The notes: generated from the letters alone by a model not told the origin. 64,000 nucleotides of DNA from Candidatus Obscuribacterales bacterium (GCA_965228855.1 CBDDIJ010000003.1:2016001-2080000), one strand, 5' to 3'; shown: positions 1 through 9,553, counted from the first letter of the stretch. Program-made: numbers and translations.

Positions 1-344
1 GCTATCAACAGCTGTCAATTGGAAACAAAGAAGTCGCGGCGGAGTTTTTCGCGAAGAAAGTAGCCAAGTATCCAGGTTCCGCAGCCTGCCATACGGCTCT
101 GGGTAAGGCTCTCAAACGTTTGGGCAAACTCGACGAGGCCAAAAAGGAATTCCGTTCCGCCACGCAATGCGAACCCACATTCGCTGACGGTTTTTATGAA
201 TTCGGCTCCTCACTCGAAGCCGACGGTCAATATAAAGAGGCAATCGAAAACTTCCAGAAGTATCTCGAATTAAGCCAGGACGCAGCCAAGCGGAAGAATA
301 TTGAAGACAGAATAAGATTCTGCCAGGACAAGCTCTCAAGCTAG
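1..344 (+). CDS. TPR-repeat protein, 5'-truncated by the window edge
   Basis: The frame of ORF 120..344 is open back to base 3 (YQQLSIGNKEVAAEFF...). TPR-like units ACHTALGKALKRLGKLDEAKKEF and GFYEFGSSLEADGQYKEAIENF. Confidence 0.8.
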   Translation, partial: YQQLSIGNKEVAAEFFAKKVAKYPGSAACHTALGKALKRLGKLDEAKKEFRSATQCEPTFADGFYEFGSSLEADGQYKEAIENFQKYLELSQDAAKRKNIEDRIRFCQDKLSS

Positions 345-402
345 TAAACTGAGCGAAGAAGGCAAGTTGGTAGAACAATTGCGCTTATAAAGGGGTGGCA
401 AG

Positions 403-1356
403 GTGGCTGACAAACAATTCGCATTTTTCGAAGGCAAATTCGTCGATATCAACGACGCGAAAATTAGCATCAAAACGCACGTAATCCAATACGGAACCGG
501 CGTTTTCGAAGGCATTCGCGGATATTGGAACGAAAAGGAAGGGGAGATGTACCTCTTCCGGCTCAGAGAGCACTTCGAACGCATGATAGATAGCATGAAG
601 ATCATGCGCATCGAGCCGCTCCACACAGTCGACGAGATGTGCGACATGGCTGTGGAGCTGGTCAAAATGAACGGCGATAAAACCGACGTTTATGTCCGCC
701 CGCTCGCGTATAAAAACAGCACCGCGATTGGACCGGGACTACACAATAATCCTTCCGAATTTTGCATGTACACGGTGCCATTCGGAGCTTACTTCAAGGC
801 CGGCGACGAAGGGCTTCGCGTCATGGTTTCAAGCTGGAGACGAATCGAAGACAACGCCATTCCGGCGCGCGCGAAAGTTACGGGCGCTTACGCCAACACA
901 GCGCAATCGAAGACAGACGCAGTGCTCTACGGCTTCGACGATGCGATCGTGCTCAGTGAAGACGGACATATCTCCGAAGGTTCGGCGATGAATATCTTCC
1001 TCGTCAAAAACGGCGAATTGATGACCACACTTCCTTCAGACAACATTCTCGTCGGTATCACCCTTGGTTCGGTGATGGAGTTCGCAAAAGAAGAACTCGG
1101 CATCGTCGCAACCAAACGCAAGATCGATAGAACGGAACTCTACTCTGCAGACGAAATCTTCTTCTGTGGAACAGGCGCAGAAGTGACGCCGGTTGTCGAA
1201 GTCGACAAACGTCCGATCGGCACTGGCAAGATGGGACCGACCTGCAAGGCGATCAAAGACCTCTATTACAAGATCACTCATGGTGAGATTGAGAAATACC
1301 ACAAATGGCTGACACCGGTTTATGCTAAGAAGGGGAGCAAAATCGGCGCTCGGTAG
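403..1356 (+). CDS. ilvE: Branched-chain amino acid aminotransferase (PLP fold IV)
   Basis: YGTGVFEGIRGY, YVRP, AKVTGAY (PLP Lys), EGSAMNIF, ILVGIT, ADEIFFCGTGAEVTPV motifs. Confidence 0.95.
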   Translation: MADKQFAFFEGKFVDINDAKISIKTHVIQYGTGVFEGIRGYWNEKEGEMYLFRLREHFERMIDSMKIMRIEPLHTVDEMCDMAVELVKMNGDKTDVYVRPLAYKNSTAIGPGLHNNPSEFCMYTVPFGAYFKAGDEGLRVMVSSWRRIEDNAIPARAKVTGAYANTAQSKTDAVLYGFDDAIVLSEDGHISEGSAMNIFLVKNGELMTTLPSDNILVGITLGSVMEFAKEELGIVATKRKIDRTELYSADEIFFCGTGAEVTPVVEVDKRPIGTGKMGPTCKAIKDLYYKITHGEIEKYHKWLTPVYAKKGSKIGAR

Positions 1357-1390
1357 TCTATAAACTCACGCATCCTCACTGGGTAGAAAT

Positions 1391-1822
1391 ATGAAACCGC
1401 CATTGATCATTCTCAGTCTCTTTCTGGCGTTGGTGACTTGTGTGTTTGCGACTAGCTCGCCAGTTGACGCCCAGGCGTCCAAACCGAGTGACGCTTACAA
1501 ACAATTTCTCGCGCGCCTGTACTGGGCGAAACAACTCAAAGACTTTACGTTTTGCATGCAAGAGTCCACGAGAACTCACATGGAGAGCCTCACAGGACAA
1601 GAAGCGCGTGACGCTTTCCTTCGCTACAAACGCAGTTATGTAGCTAAGTTCAAAGTGATAAAAGAAGAAGTTGTTGAGGACCGCGCCTTCATCGAAGGCG
1701 AAGGAATCGCTGTAGAATCCGGACAGCGAGTCAAGGCGCATGTGCGGGCGCAAATGGTTCGCGAAGGTGGAGCATGGAAAGTCATGTTCACCAACTGGAG
1801 CGGTACTATTTACGGTCGCTAG
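1391..1822 (+). CDS. Secreted hypothetical protein, possibly NTF2-like/DUF4878-like
   Basis: Hydrophobic N-terminal signal peptide ending ...AQA. C-terminal 'MVREGGAWKV' resembles NTF2-like domain ends. Confidence 0.6.
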   Translation: MKPPLIILSLFLALVTCVFATSSPVDAQASKPSDAYKQFLARLYWAKQLKDFTFCMQESTRTHMESLTGQEARDAFLRYKRSYVAKFKVIKEEVVEDRAFIEGEGIAVESGQRVKAHVRAQMVREGGAWKVMFTNWSGTIYGR

Positions 1823-2654
1823 CCGCCGGTATCATCGGCACGAATCGCACTGGAATCAAGGTCTGCTTGCTGATTGAACCATCGGCGTTCTTGACGAGCT
1901 TGAGAAGCCACTGCACTTCGCCATTCTCACCGACAGGCACCACCAGTGTGCCGCCGATTTTTAGCTGCTCAAGTAATTTGTCCGGTATCGCCGGCGGTGC
2001 AGCAGTAACTATCACAGCGTCAAAAGGCGCTTCCTCACTCCATCCTTTGTATCCGTCACCGACTTTCTGATGGACATTCTCGATACCACAGGCGGTGAGA
2101 GCAGTCTTTGCCCTGGCGGCGAGTTCAGGAATTATCTCAATCGAATAAACATCCTTGACCAATCGAGATAAAACAGCGGCCTGATATCCGGAACCCGTCC
2201 CGATTTCAAGAACGCGCTCATGACCCTGAAGATTCAGCGCCTCCGTCATGTACGCAACGATAAACGGTTGCGAGATGGTCTGACCTTGCCCGATCGGAAG
2301 AGGATTGTCGTCGTAGCTGTTTTGTTTCAACGACTCGTCTACGAATCGATGGCGGGGCACACTTGCTAAAGCGCGAAGCACTTTTTCATTCTTTACGCCC
2401 TTCTCCTTAATCGATTCGAGCAGCAAAGCACTCTCTTTACTAAACGTGCGATCTTCCTCTCTCCCGCCTTTTGGCTCGACGTTGCATCCGTCGTTATCAG
2501 CCTCTGCGCATCCCGAGCTGTTCAGAGATACCGCACCAAGAGCCGCGAGTGAACTCAGAAATCTTCGAAACGGTCGTCCAGAGCGGTTCCGCGCAGTGAG
2601 TTTGGCAATGCGCTGATTGAGTGATGTAATCATTTTAGAAACGTCTATATGCAT
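1806..2654 (-). CDS. pcm: Protein-L-isoaspartate O-methyltransferase with N-terminal extension (start uncertain)
   Basis: VPRHRFV, LPIGQGQTISQP, VLEIGTGSGYQAA, GDGYKGW.EEAPFDAVIVTAA, VRFVP motifs. Confidence 0.93.
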   Translation of the reverse strand: MHIDVSKMITSLNQRIAKLTARNRSGRPFRRFLSSLAALGAVSLNSSGCAEADNDGCNVEPKGGREEDRTFSKESALLLESIKEKGVKNEKVLRALASVPRHRFVDESLKQNSYDDNPLPIGQGQTISQPFIVAYMTEALNLQGHERVLEIGTGSGYQAAVLSRLVKDVYSIEIIPELAARAKTALTACGIENVHQKVGDGYKGWSEEAPFDAVIVTAAPPAIPDKLLEQLKIGGTLVVPVGENGEVQWLLKLVKNADGSISKQTLIPVRFVPMIPAASDRK

Positions 2655-2773
2655 AACGCGAGCAACCTATCTCTTAAGAGACTAACAGGAAGCACGCGTC
2701 GATGGTGCAATTTCAAACTCAGTTGTCTAATTACTTTGTGTTTTCCGTTGTATCTCTACAACATGGAGAACGT

Positions 2774-3397
2774 CTATTTCGAACTCAATGCAATCTGTTC
2801 TTTCATAACTGCCGAACGCAAGTTGTTGAGCACTTCCGGCATGATTTTTCGCAACTCGCTGTTGACCATCACTTGCGGAAGTAACATGCCACCATCGATG
2901 TGCTTTGCATAAGTTACCAGTGTCCTGTCGCCATCAACCGGCGTCAGCTGCCAGTATCCCTCGTTTGCTTTAAAAGCACCGCTGTGCCGAGTCCACTCGA
3001 TCCGCTTCAGCGCTTTCAACTCGGAGATGTTCAGAACATAATCATATTTCCAGAGACCGCCCATGGAAGCGACCGTAAAGCTGATCGTTTTCTGCGGGCC
3101 ATTATCACTGATAATCTGCAGGCGTTTGAGATTCGAATAGATTTCGTCGGCTCGATCGTACTGGGTGAGCGCATCCCAGACAACGTCAGGCTTCGAGTTG
3201 ATTACGACCTGCGCGACTTGATAGCTTTTATTTCCAACTTTCTGCTGCGCGATTGTCGCTTGAGGACGCGGAGAAATCATACTGACCTGGCTTACGGTGT
3301 TGTCTGGCTTCATTCTCTCAGCGTAGGCAGGAGCCGTGGAGATAAATGATAGGATGACGAGTACACTGAGCAAGCCAGCTCCACTACCGTTTTTCAT
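2774..3397 (-). CDS. Secreted SRPBCC/START-like (polyketide cyclase/CoQ10-type) protein
   Basis: Signal peptide ...APAYA. VWDALTQYD and IEWTRHSGAFKANEGYWQL are typical of the SRPBCC fold. Confidence 0.75.
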   Translation of the reverse strand: MKNGSGAGLLSVLVILSFISTAPAYAERMKPDNTVSQVSMISPRPQATIAQQKVGNKSYQVAQVVINSKPDVVWDALTQYDRADEIYSNLKRLQIISDNGPQKTISFTVASMGGLWKYDYVLNISELKALKRIEWTRHSGAFKANEGYWQLTPVDGDRTLVTYAKHIDGGMLLPQVMVNSELRKIMPEVLNNLRSAVMKEQIALSSK

Positions 3398-3603
3398 AAG
3401 TTTCCACCTGTAAAGTTCTTCGTGAGAGGGCGACTGGGAAGCGAGATCACGCGAATCAGGACGATAGGAAACTGGACGCCAAAAGCAGCCATGCTTCCAG
3501 CTTCCTGAACACTTACAAACGCCTGATTAAGGGGATCCAGCCTTTCTTCGAAGTAGCTCGATGTGTTTAGTTGACGGGAGGGGGCATAGGTTGTTCCCGT
3601 TTC

Positions 3604-3621
3604 TGTGATCGCTAGATCACA
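3604..3621. promoter_or_regulatory. Palindrome TGTGATC-N4-GATCACA, candidate transcription-factor site
   Basis: Perfect 7-bp inverted repeat in a divergent intergenic region. It has CRP-like half sites (TGTGA/TCACA) but with N8 rather than N6 spacing. Confidence 0.35.
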
Positions 3622-3823
3622 TCATCGTTGGAAGCGAAAATTTGCAAGAAAACAGTTCAAATTTGAAAGCCTCAAGCAGGCCAATAGCCGAACTCGAGGA
3701 GACGGCACCGTCGCGCTATCGGTTTAAAACGAAAACCTGAGCCGTTTTCCTGAAACCCTGCTAAAAAAGGTCCGATCCGTGTGAACTAGAATAGGAACAG
3801 ACAGATGCTAGGCAGGCAATCGA

Positions 3824-4618
3824 ATGAATATGAAAAATGTAGTTGGTCGACGGATGTGCGGGACATTGTTAGTGGCAGGATTGGCAATGTTTACCAGTGC
3901 AAGCGCCGGTCATGCGCAACTCACCGATGGTTCTTCCGATAGAACCGACAACTCTTTCGAGGTGCCGGGCTGGTTTTCGAAAGACAAGTCAGATATCGCA
4001 AGATATCCGGTTCCCCTCCTGCAGCCGCAAACACAATCAGCTCCGTCACCACTGGTGGTGATTCAAAAAGGAGGCACTCTGGGAAATCCAGGAGTGTTTT
4101 CTTCAAAAACAATTTTGACACCCACTCCAACCGGCTTTATCGCAACTGGTTCATCGCTTCCCTGGGTCGCTCCGGGTGCTGGTTTTAGTGGATACGGCGG
4201 ATATGGTGGATACGGCGGCTACGGTGGTTGGGGCGGTGGAAGGCCATACGTCGGCAACCGAATGGGCGGATTCAGTCACTACTCATCATATATAGATTAC
4301 GCAGGCGTTCCATCAGGCTACGCCTACGGATTCAACATCGGTGGCGGCATGCCCTGGATGGGAGGCGGCGGTTTTGGAATGACACCAATGGGTGTCGGTC
4401 GCAGAGTAACCGCCACGATTGTCGCACCCGAGACTAAAACTCAGGGCACCTACTACAACAGCGGTCAAACCGGCAATTCAGGAAACAGCTACTACTCTTC
4501 CAATGCTCCGGTGGTGCAACCAAATGCGGTGACGATACCACCCAAACAAAGTCCAAAAACCTACTGGGGCGATAGCGGAAGCCCATTCGGCAAGGACTTG
4601 AACGCCACACCCTGGTGA
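3824..4618 (+). CDS. Secreted Gly/Tyr-rich hypothetical protein
   Basis: Signal peptide ...AGHA and a (GYG)n tract GYGGYGGYGGYGGWGG. Confidence 0.75.
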   Translation: MNMKNVVGRRMCGTLLVAGLAMFTSASAGHAQLTDGSSDRTDNSFEVPGWFSKDKSDIARYPVPLLQPQTQSAPSPLVVIQKGGTLGNPGVFSSKTILTPTPTGFIATGSSLPWVAPGAGFSGYGGYGGYGGYGGWGGGRPYVGNRMGGFSHYSSYIDYAGVPSGYAYGFNIGGGMPWMGGGGFGMTPMGVGRRVTATIVAPETKTQGTYYNSGQTGNSGNSYYSSNAPVVQPNAVTIPPKQSPKTYWGDSGSPFGKDLNATPW

Positions 4619-4644
4619 TTCGTTGCGACTGCACGACAGCAACT

Positions 4645-5199
4645 CTACAGATATTTCTGAACTATCGACTTCAGCACCTCGAAGCTGGTTAAACCTGTGC
4701 TTCGCTCAACAGGCTTACCATCTTTGAAAACTATGAAGGTCGGCACGACCCGCACGCCATAACGGTTTGCCGAGACCGGACTTTCGTCGATATCCATCTT
4801 CAGAACTTTTACTTTTCCATTCCAACCGAGGTCAAGCTGTTGCACCACCGGCAGCATCATCTTGCACGGACCGCACCAGGTCGCACCAAAATCGACAAGC
4901 GCTACGCCCTTATAATCCAGCACGTCATGCTCGAAGGACAAATCATTGACCGGTGTTAATTTCGAATCGTCTGATTCCTCTCCATCAGTCTTAACAACGG
5001 AAACCGGCGCCACTGAGCTAAGTTTCTGCTGACGCACGCGCCGAGGGTCGGACTGGACAACCGCTGGCCGGGTAGCGGAGCAGCTTTCCGTCAAGTGACA
5101 GCGAGAATGGCGAGCCGGCGAAATTATCGCCATGAATACAATTCCCGCGACAACGCAGGCAAAGATTAGCGGTAAAGCGAGCTTGGTCATACTCGCCAT
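4645..5199 (-). CDS. Membrane-anchored thioredoxin-family protein (start may be Met at 5190)
   Basis: WCGPC active site, VDFGATW, VPTFIVFKDGK. N-terminal hydrophobic anchor. Confidence 0.88.
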   Translation of the reverse strand: MASMTKLALPLIFACVVAGIVFMAIISPARHSRCHLTESCSATRPAVVQSDPRRVRQQKLSSVAPVSVVKTDGEESDDSKLTPVNDLSFEHDVLDYKGVALVDFGATWCGPCKMMLPVVQQLDLGWNGKVKVLKMDIDESPVSANRYGVRVVPTFIVFKDGKPVERSTGLTSFEVLKSIVQKYL

Positions 5200-5206
5200 T
5201 ATAATG

Positions 5207-5929
5207 CTAGGCGCTCAGCTTCGGTTGCATAGCAATCGGCGGAGGCAATTCCCTTGTCCACTGGAATGACCGCAAGGTCTCCACGATAGTCTGCGCATGA
5301 AACGGCATGTCATCGGTCGGCGCAGAGAAATGAACTTCATGTACCAGACGTCCGGGACCGTCTTCGGAGTCGGTAAATATACTCAGGAATTTGCGATCGA
5401 AAAGATTGTGCTCCCACCAGAGGGCCAACATCCGCCGTCCATGCAATTCTCCAACCTCAGCGGCGGCAATCGTGTACGAAGTCTCGCAGCACTTTGCCCG
5501 GGCAAACTGAACACCGCCAAGCATTCGGCCGCCGACGCTGGCATACCAGATTTCACGAATCTCATCGAGGTCCGGCTCTGATAGCTCCTTGAGTTCGGTC
5601 AACAAACTGCTGAACTTTGCCGCAGTTTCCATCGACACAGGATTTCCGCGAAACCAGAACTCCAGAGTGACGCTTGAATCGGTTTTCAACTCGAAGCGCC
5701 TGAAGATTTGACCTGCGCAGGAAATTCCACCTGCCAGGATTGTGGAACGCGTGCACTCTTGCCATTTGTTCAGGCGGATAAATTTGATTTCGTCAAAAAT
5801 CTGACCTGACAGCCGAGTGACGTCCGAAGTATCTACTTTGAATGACAATTTGCTTGATCTAGCGTGCATCTGTTTACCGCTCGAGATCCCCGGGTGCTGA
5901 CTGGTGCCGCATATGCGTCGCATATCCAT
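5207..5929 (-). CDS. Hypothetical protein, paralogue of 44386..45042, possibly PsbP/DcrB-like fold (start may be 5869)
   Basis: Shares the motifs RGxP(V/I)...AxxFxxxL, (Y/F)xIxAAE...(L/V)xG(R/K)xxL and EVxF...S(F/I)xW with the 44386 protein. Confidence 0.6.
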   Translation of the reverse strand: MDMRRICGTSQHPGISSGKQMHARSSKLSFKVDTSDVTRLSGQIFDEIKFIRLNKWQECTRSTILAGGISCAGQIFRRFELKTDSSVTLEFWFRGNPVSMETAAKFSSLLTELKELSEPDLDEIREIWYASVGGRMLGGVQFARAKCCETSYTIAAAEVGELHGRRMLALWWEHNLFDRKFLSIFTDSEDGPGRLVHEVHFSAPTDDMPFHAQTIVETLRSFQWTRELPPPIAMQPKLSA

Positions 5930-6130
5930 CTATATGCAGCTCGCAAGAACAACATGAATTTCCCATTTTGCTGCAATCTTGACAATCGTGAGATTCCCCC
6001 TGGAGTTACACTTAAATTTGAGAGCGTTTGGCGTTTTTTCAGTCCAGGTGCCGGATATAGCAATTTTGAGCAAAAAAAATTTCTCCGCAACTGTCCGTCA
6101 CACCTTATAGGCTGAGAAAAAAGCCAATTG

Positions 6131-6136
6131 TATAAT
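6131..6136 (+). promoter_or_regulatory. Sigma70-type -10 box upstream of rel
   Basis: Perfect TATAAT in an AT-rich intergenic region 42 bp before the rel start. Confidence 0.45.
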
Positions 6137-6178
6137 CTTCATTAAATTCGACCGCTCCTCCGGACAACTTCGACAGAG

Positions 6179-8515
6179 GTGACAGTTCACGCCCTGATGA
6201 CCCAGCAAACCTTTGAAGGACCACTACTTAAGATACTGAGAGACCAGGGGCGAGCCACTGAGGACATTGAGTTTGTTCAGAAGGCATACGATTTCGCGCA
6301 TAAAGCTCACGACGGTCAGCTTCGCAAGTCCCAGGACCCATATATAATTCACCCGGCTGAGGTGGCCGCGATCCTGGCGGAACTCGATGCCGACGTACAA
6401 ACCATCTGTTCGGCTCTACTCCACGACGTGCTGGAAGATTGCGACGTCACAGCCAAGGAAATGGAGAAAGAGTTTGGAAAGGACATCGTCACCATTGTCG
6501 AGGGCGTTACCAAACTCGGAAAGTTCAGTTTTAGCTCCAAAGAAGAGCGCCAGGCGGAAAACTTCCGCAAACTCATTGTTGCCATCGCTGAAGACTACCG
6601 CGTTGTCCTGGTAAAGATGGCTGACCGCCTTCATAACATGCGCACGCTGGACCACATGGCGCCGCACAAACAACAGGAAATAGCCAAAGAGACGCTGGAA
6701 ATCTACGCGCCACTGGCAAACCGTTTCGGTCTCGGGGAGATGAAATGGGAGCTGGAGGACCTCGCTCTGAGCTATATGGAGCCAGGGGAATATCAGCGCC
6801 TGCGTCAGCTTGTGGCTGATGAACGTCCCGAGCGCGAAAATCTGATTGGTGATGTAGTTGAAAAACTGCGAGCAGCCCTTGTAGAGCGCAATATCAAAGC
6901 AGAAATCAGCGGCCGACCGAAACACCTTTTCGGTATCTGGCGCAAGATGAAGAAACAGAACAAGCCTTTTGAAGAGCTTTTCGACATCCAAGCATTGCGA
7001 GTAATCATAGACAGCTCCGAAGACAAAAATTTCTGCGACCTGGAAAAAGATACCGATACCTCAGGTTGCTACGAAGTAATGGGCGTCGTCCATGCGCTAT
7101 TTACGCCAATTCCGGGGCGATTCAAAGACTACATCGCCATGCCGAAGTTCAACAACTATCAATCGCTGCATACCGCGGTTATTGGTCCGAAGGGCAGACC
7201 TCTCGAAATTCAGATTAGAACGAGGCGAATGCACCACATCGCCGAATACGGGATTGCAGCGCACTGGCGCTATAAAGAGTCCGGTGCGTCGGTCAAAGCA
7301 AACACAGATTCGGACAAGAAAATCACCTGGCTTCGTCAACTCGTCGACTGGAGGCAAGATCTCGCCGATGCGCAAGAGTACATGGACGAAGTCAAAATCG
7401 ACTTGTTCTCGGATGAAGTGTTTGTGTTCAGTCCGCGCGGAGACGTAATAGATCTGCCGACCGGTTCCACTCCAATCGATTTCGCTTACCGAATTCACAC
7501 AGATGTTGGTCACAAGTGCGTCGGCGCAAAGGTGAACGATCGCATCGTGCCACTGAATACGGTGCTTAAGAACGGTGACATTCTTGAAATTATCACAAGT
7601 AAAGTGACCCAGCCCAAAATGGACTGGCTCAACTTCGCTCGCACCCATGGCGCGAAGAGCAAGATCAGAAACTGGTTTAAGAAGCATCATAGAGAAGAAC
7701 ACATTCAGCAAGGCCGCCAGATGCTTGAGGCGGAGCTCGGTCGCAAGGGACTAGAAGAATTGCTGGAGTCCGAGCGCATCATGGAGATGGGCAAAAAGCT
7801 AAATCTCCGAAAGTCGGACGATATCTTGGCTGCAATCGGATATGGCGATATTTCGACATCCACCGTTGTCGCAAAACTGCGCGAGCTGGATCAACTGGAG
7901 AAAGTAGAGAAGAAAGGCTACACTCTCCCACTCACTCAGGAACGCAAGCAGAGCAACATTGGCTCTCTAACCAGCTTGCTGCATCATCTAGCAAAATGCT
8001 GCCAACCGGTTCCAGGCGAAGAAATTATCGGTGTCGTCACCAGGGGCAGTGGCATCGCAGTTCACCGCCACGATTGTTCCAATTTGTCTAAAGCGTCCGC
8101 AGAGCGCGTGATGGCTGTAGACTGGTCAACAGAGCGAAATACGACATACCCCGCCATGGTCAAGATCGAATGCATCGATCGCGTCGGTATCGCCGGCGAT
8201 ATTCTGAAGAAGGTTTCAGACCACAGAGTAAATCTGCGCGATCTGCGAATAGAAACGAATAAAGACAAGAAAACGGCGTCTATAATCCTGATGCTGGAAG
8301 TCGTTGACGTAGATCAGTTGCAAAAGATCTCGCAAGCAATATCACAAATCAGTGACGTCATTCGCGTCCACAGAACTGACCATAAGAAGAAGGCTCCTGC
8401 TCCACCGGCCAACGGTACTCCGAAACAGAAAGCGTCGAAAGGCAGTAACGTTACTCCTATCAATAAGACCGCCAAAGCGAAGTCACCCAGGAAATCGCGT
8501 TCCGCAGATTCGTGA
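6179..8515 (+). CDS. rel: Bifunctional (p)ppGpp synthetase/hydrolase (Rel/SpoT): HD, SYNTH, TGS, ZFD and ACT domains
   Basis: PYIIHP, LLHDVLED (intact HD), KMADRLHNMRTL, YQSLHT, EIQIRT, TPIDFAY (TGS), AKCCQP (ZFD), DRVG (ACT). Confidence 0.96.
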   Translation: MTVHALMTQQTFEGPLLKILRDQGRATEDIEFVQKAYDFAHKAHDGQLRKSQDPYIIHPAEVAAILAELDADVQTICSALLHDVLEDCDVTAKEMEKEFGKDIVTIVEGVTKLGKFSFSSKEERQAENFRKLIVAIAEDYRVVLVKMADRLHNMRTLDHMAPHKQQEIAKETLEIYAPLANRFGLGEMKWELEDLALSYMEPGEYQRLRQLVADERPERENLIGDVVEKLRAALVERNIKAEISGRPKHLFGIWRKMKKQNKPFEELFDIQALRVIIDSSEDKNFCDLEKDTDTSGCYEVMGVVHALFTPIPGRFKDYIAMPKFNNYQSLHTAVIGPKGRPLEIQIRTRRMHHIAEYGIAAHWRYKESGASVKANTDSDKKITWLRQLVDWRQDLADAQEYMDEVKIDLFSDEVFVFSPRGDVIDLPTGSTPIDFAYRIHTDVGHKCVGAKVNDRIVPLNTVLKNGDILEIITSKVTQPKMDWLNFARTHGAKSKIRNWFKKHHREEHIQQGRQMLEAELGRKGLEELLESERIMEMGKKLNLRKSDDILAAIGYGDISTSTVVAKLRELDQLEKVEKKGYTLPLTQERKQSNIGSLTSLLHHLAKCCQPVPGEEIIGVVTRGSGIAVHRHDCSNLSKASAERVMAVDWSTERNTTYPAMVKIECIDRVGIAGDILKKVSDHRVNLRDLRIETNKDKKTASIILMLEVVDVDQLQKISQAISQISDVIRVHRTDHKKKAPAPPANGTPKQKASKGSNVTPINKTAKAKSPRKSRSADS

Positions 8516-9108
8516 AAATCGTCTTAGCTACCAAGAATCATGGAAAACTTCGAGAGCTCAGCGCCATGGCGAAAGAGCTGGGCGAGACGAACTTCGATTT
8601 CGTGCTTGCGCCGGACGAATTCGACCCGGAAGAGACCGGCACGACTTACCTGGAAAACGCCGTCATCAAAGCCACCGAAGCGGCACGCATGACCAACCTC
8701 CTTTCCATAGCCGACGATTCCGGGCTCGCCGTTGACGCTCTTGATGGACGACCCGGAGTTTTCTCCGCGCGCTACTCGGGACACGATGAGGCCGCTGGCA
8801 GGCGCAAATTACTTGAGGAATTGAAAGACGTTCCCGACGGCAAGCGCGGTGCCCAATATGTCTGCTGTATGGCAGTTTGCGCTCCAACGAATCTGGAGAT
8901 TGTTTACACGGTCGAAACATATTGGAGAGGCCGAATCGGGGTTGAAGAACGTGGCACGGGCGGTTTCGGTTTCGACCCGATCTTTTATGAAAACAATTCT
9001 GACGTAACGGTAGCTCAACTACCAGCTGTAGAAAAGAATCAAAAGTCGCACCGTGGGCAAGCCTGGAGACATGTGCTTACTTTTCTGGAGAAAACTTTCA
9101 TTAGTTAA
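8512..9108 (+). CDS. rdgB: Non-canonical purine NTP pyrophosphatase (RdgB/HAM1)
   Basis: LATKNHGKLRE, ADDSGL, PGVFSARY, GFGFDPIF, KSHRG. GTGA overlap with the rel stop codon. Confidence 0.94.
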   Translation: MKIVLATKNHGKLRELSAMAKELGETNFDFVLAPDEFDPEETGTTYLENAVIKATEAARMTNLLSIADDSGLAVDALDGRPGVFSARYSGHDEAAGRRKLLEELKDVPDGKRGAQYVCCMAVCAPTNLEIVYTVETYWRGRIGVEERGTGGFGFDPIFYENNSDVTVAQLPAVEKNQKSHRGQAWRHVLTFLEKTFIS

Positions 9109-9234
9109 TGAGAGGAGCTACATATACAACCACGTTCACAAGAGCTAGGATGTGTCGTCGTAGTCAACTTACCGACGTTAATGGCAACTCATCAACGTCG
9201 GCGACCAAATTAACCCCGAAAGGAGCCCGGTCGA

Positions 9235-9522
9235 GTGACAGATTTTCTGGTTTCCCCACCTAACAATGCAGCTGCGCTTCCTGCCTCCGACACGTGGCAG
9301 AACGAAAGCTACAACCATTTAAAAGTGCAGCCCGAGTCTCCCGAGGCGAAGGAAATCAACTTGCGCGAGGCGCTTGAGTGGCTCCTCGGCAGCCCCGAAC
9401 CCCATCAAGAAGTCCAGCTATCGGACGAAGAAAAAGAAAGCCGTAAAGAGCGCCGCATGGATCTGCTTATGTGGATCATGAACCTTGAGATGCGCCTCTC
9501 GCCATACCGCGAACCAGCCTAG
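9235..9522 (+). CDS. Small hypothetical protein
   Basis: 95-aa ORF filling a gap, with an AAGGAG Shine-Dalgarno-like sequence upstream of GTG. Confidence 0.55.
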   Translation: MTDFLVSPPNNAAALPASDTWQNESYNHLKVQPESPEAKEINLREALEWLLGSPEPHQEVQLSDEEKESRKERRMDLLMWIMNLEMRLSPYREPA

Positions 9523-9553
9523 GCGCGGACGTCTTATCGTTAGAGCGTCTGAA

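Noticed and set aside
9108..9235. Hairpin CCGACGTT...AACGTCGG and CCGAAAGG as a possible riboswitch
   Set aside because: No match to any riboswitch consensus I can recognise; an Rfam scan would be needed.
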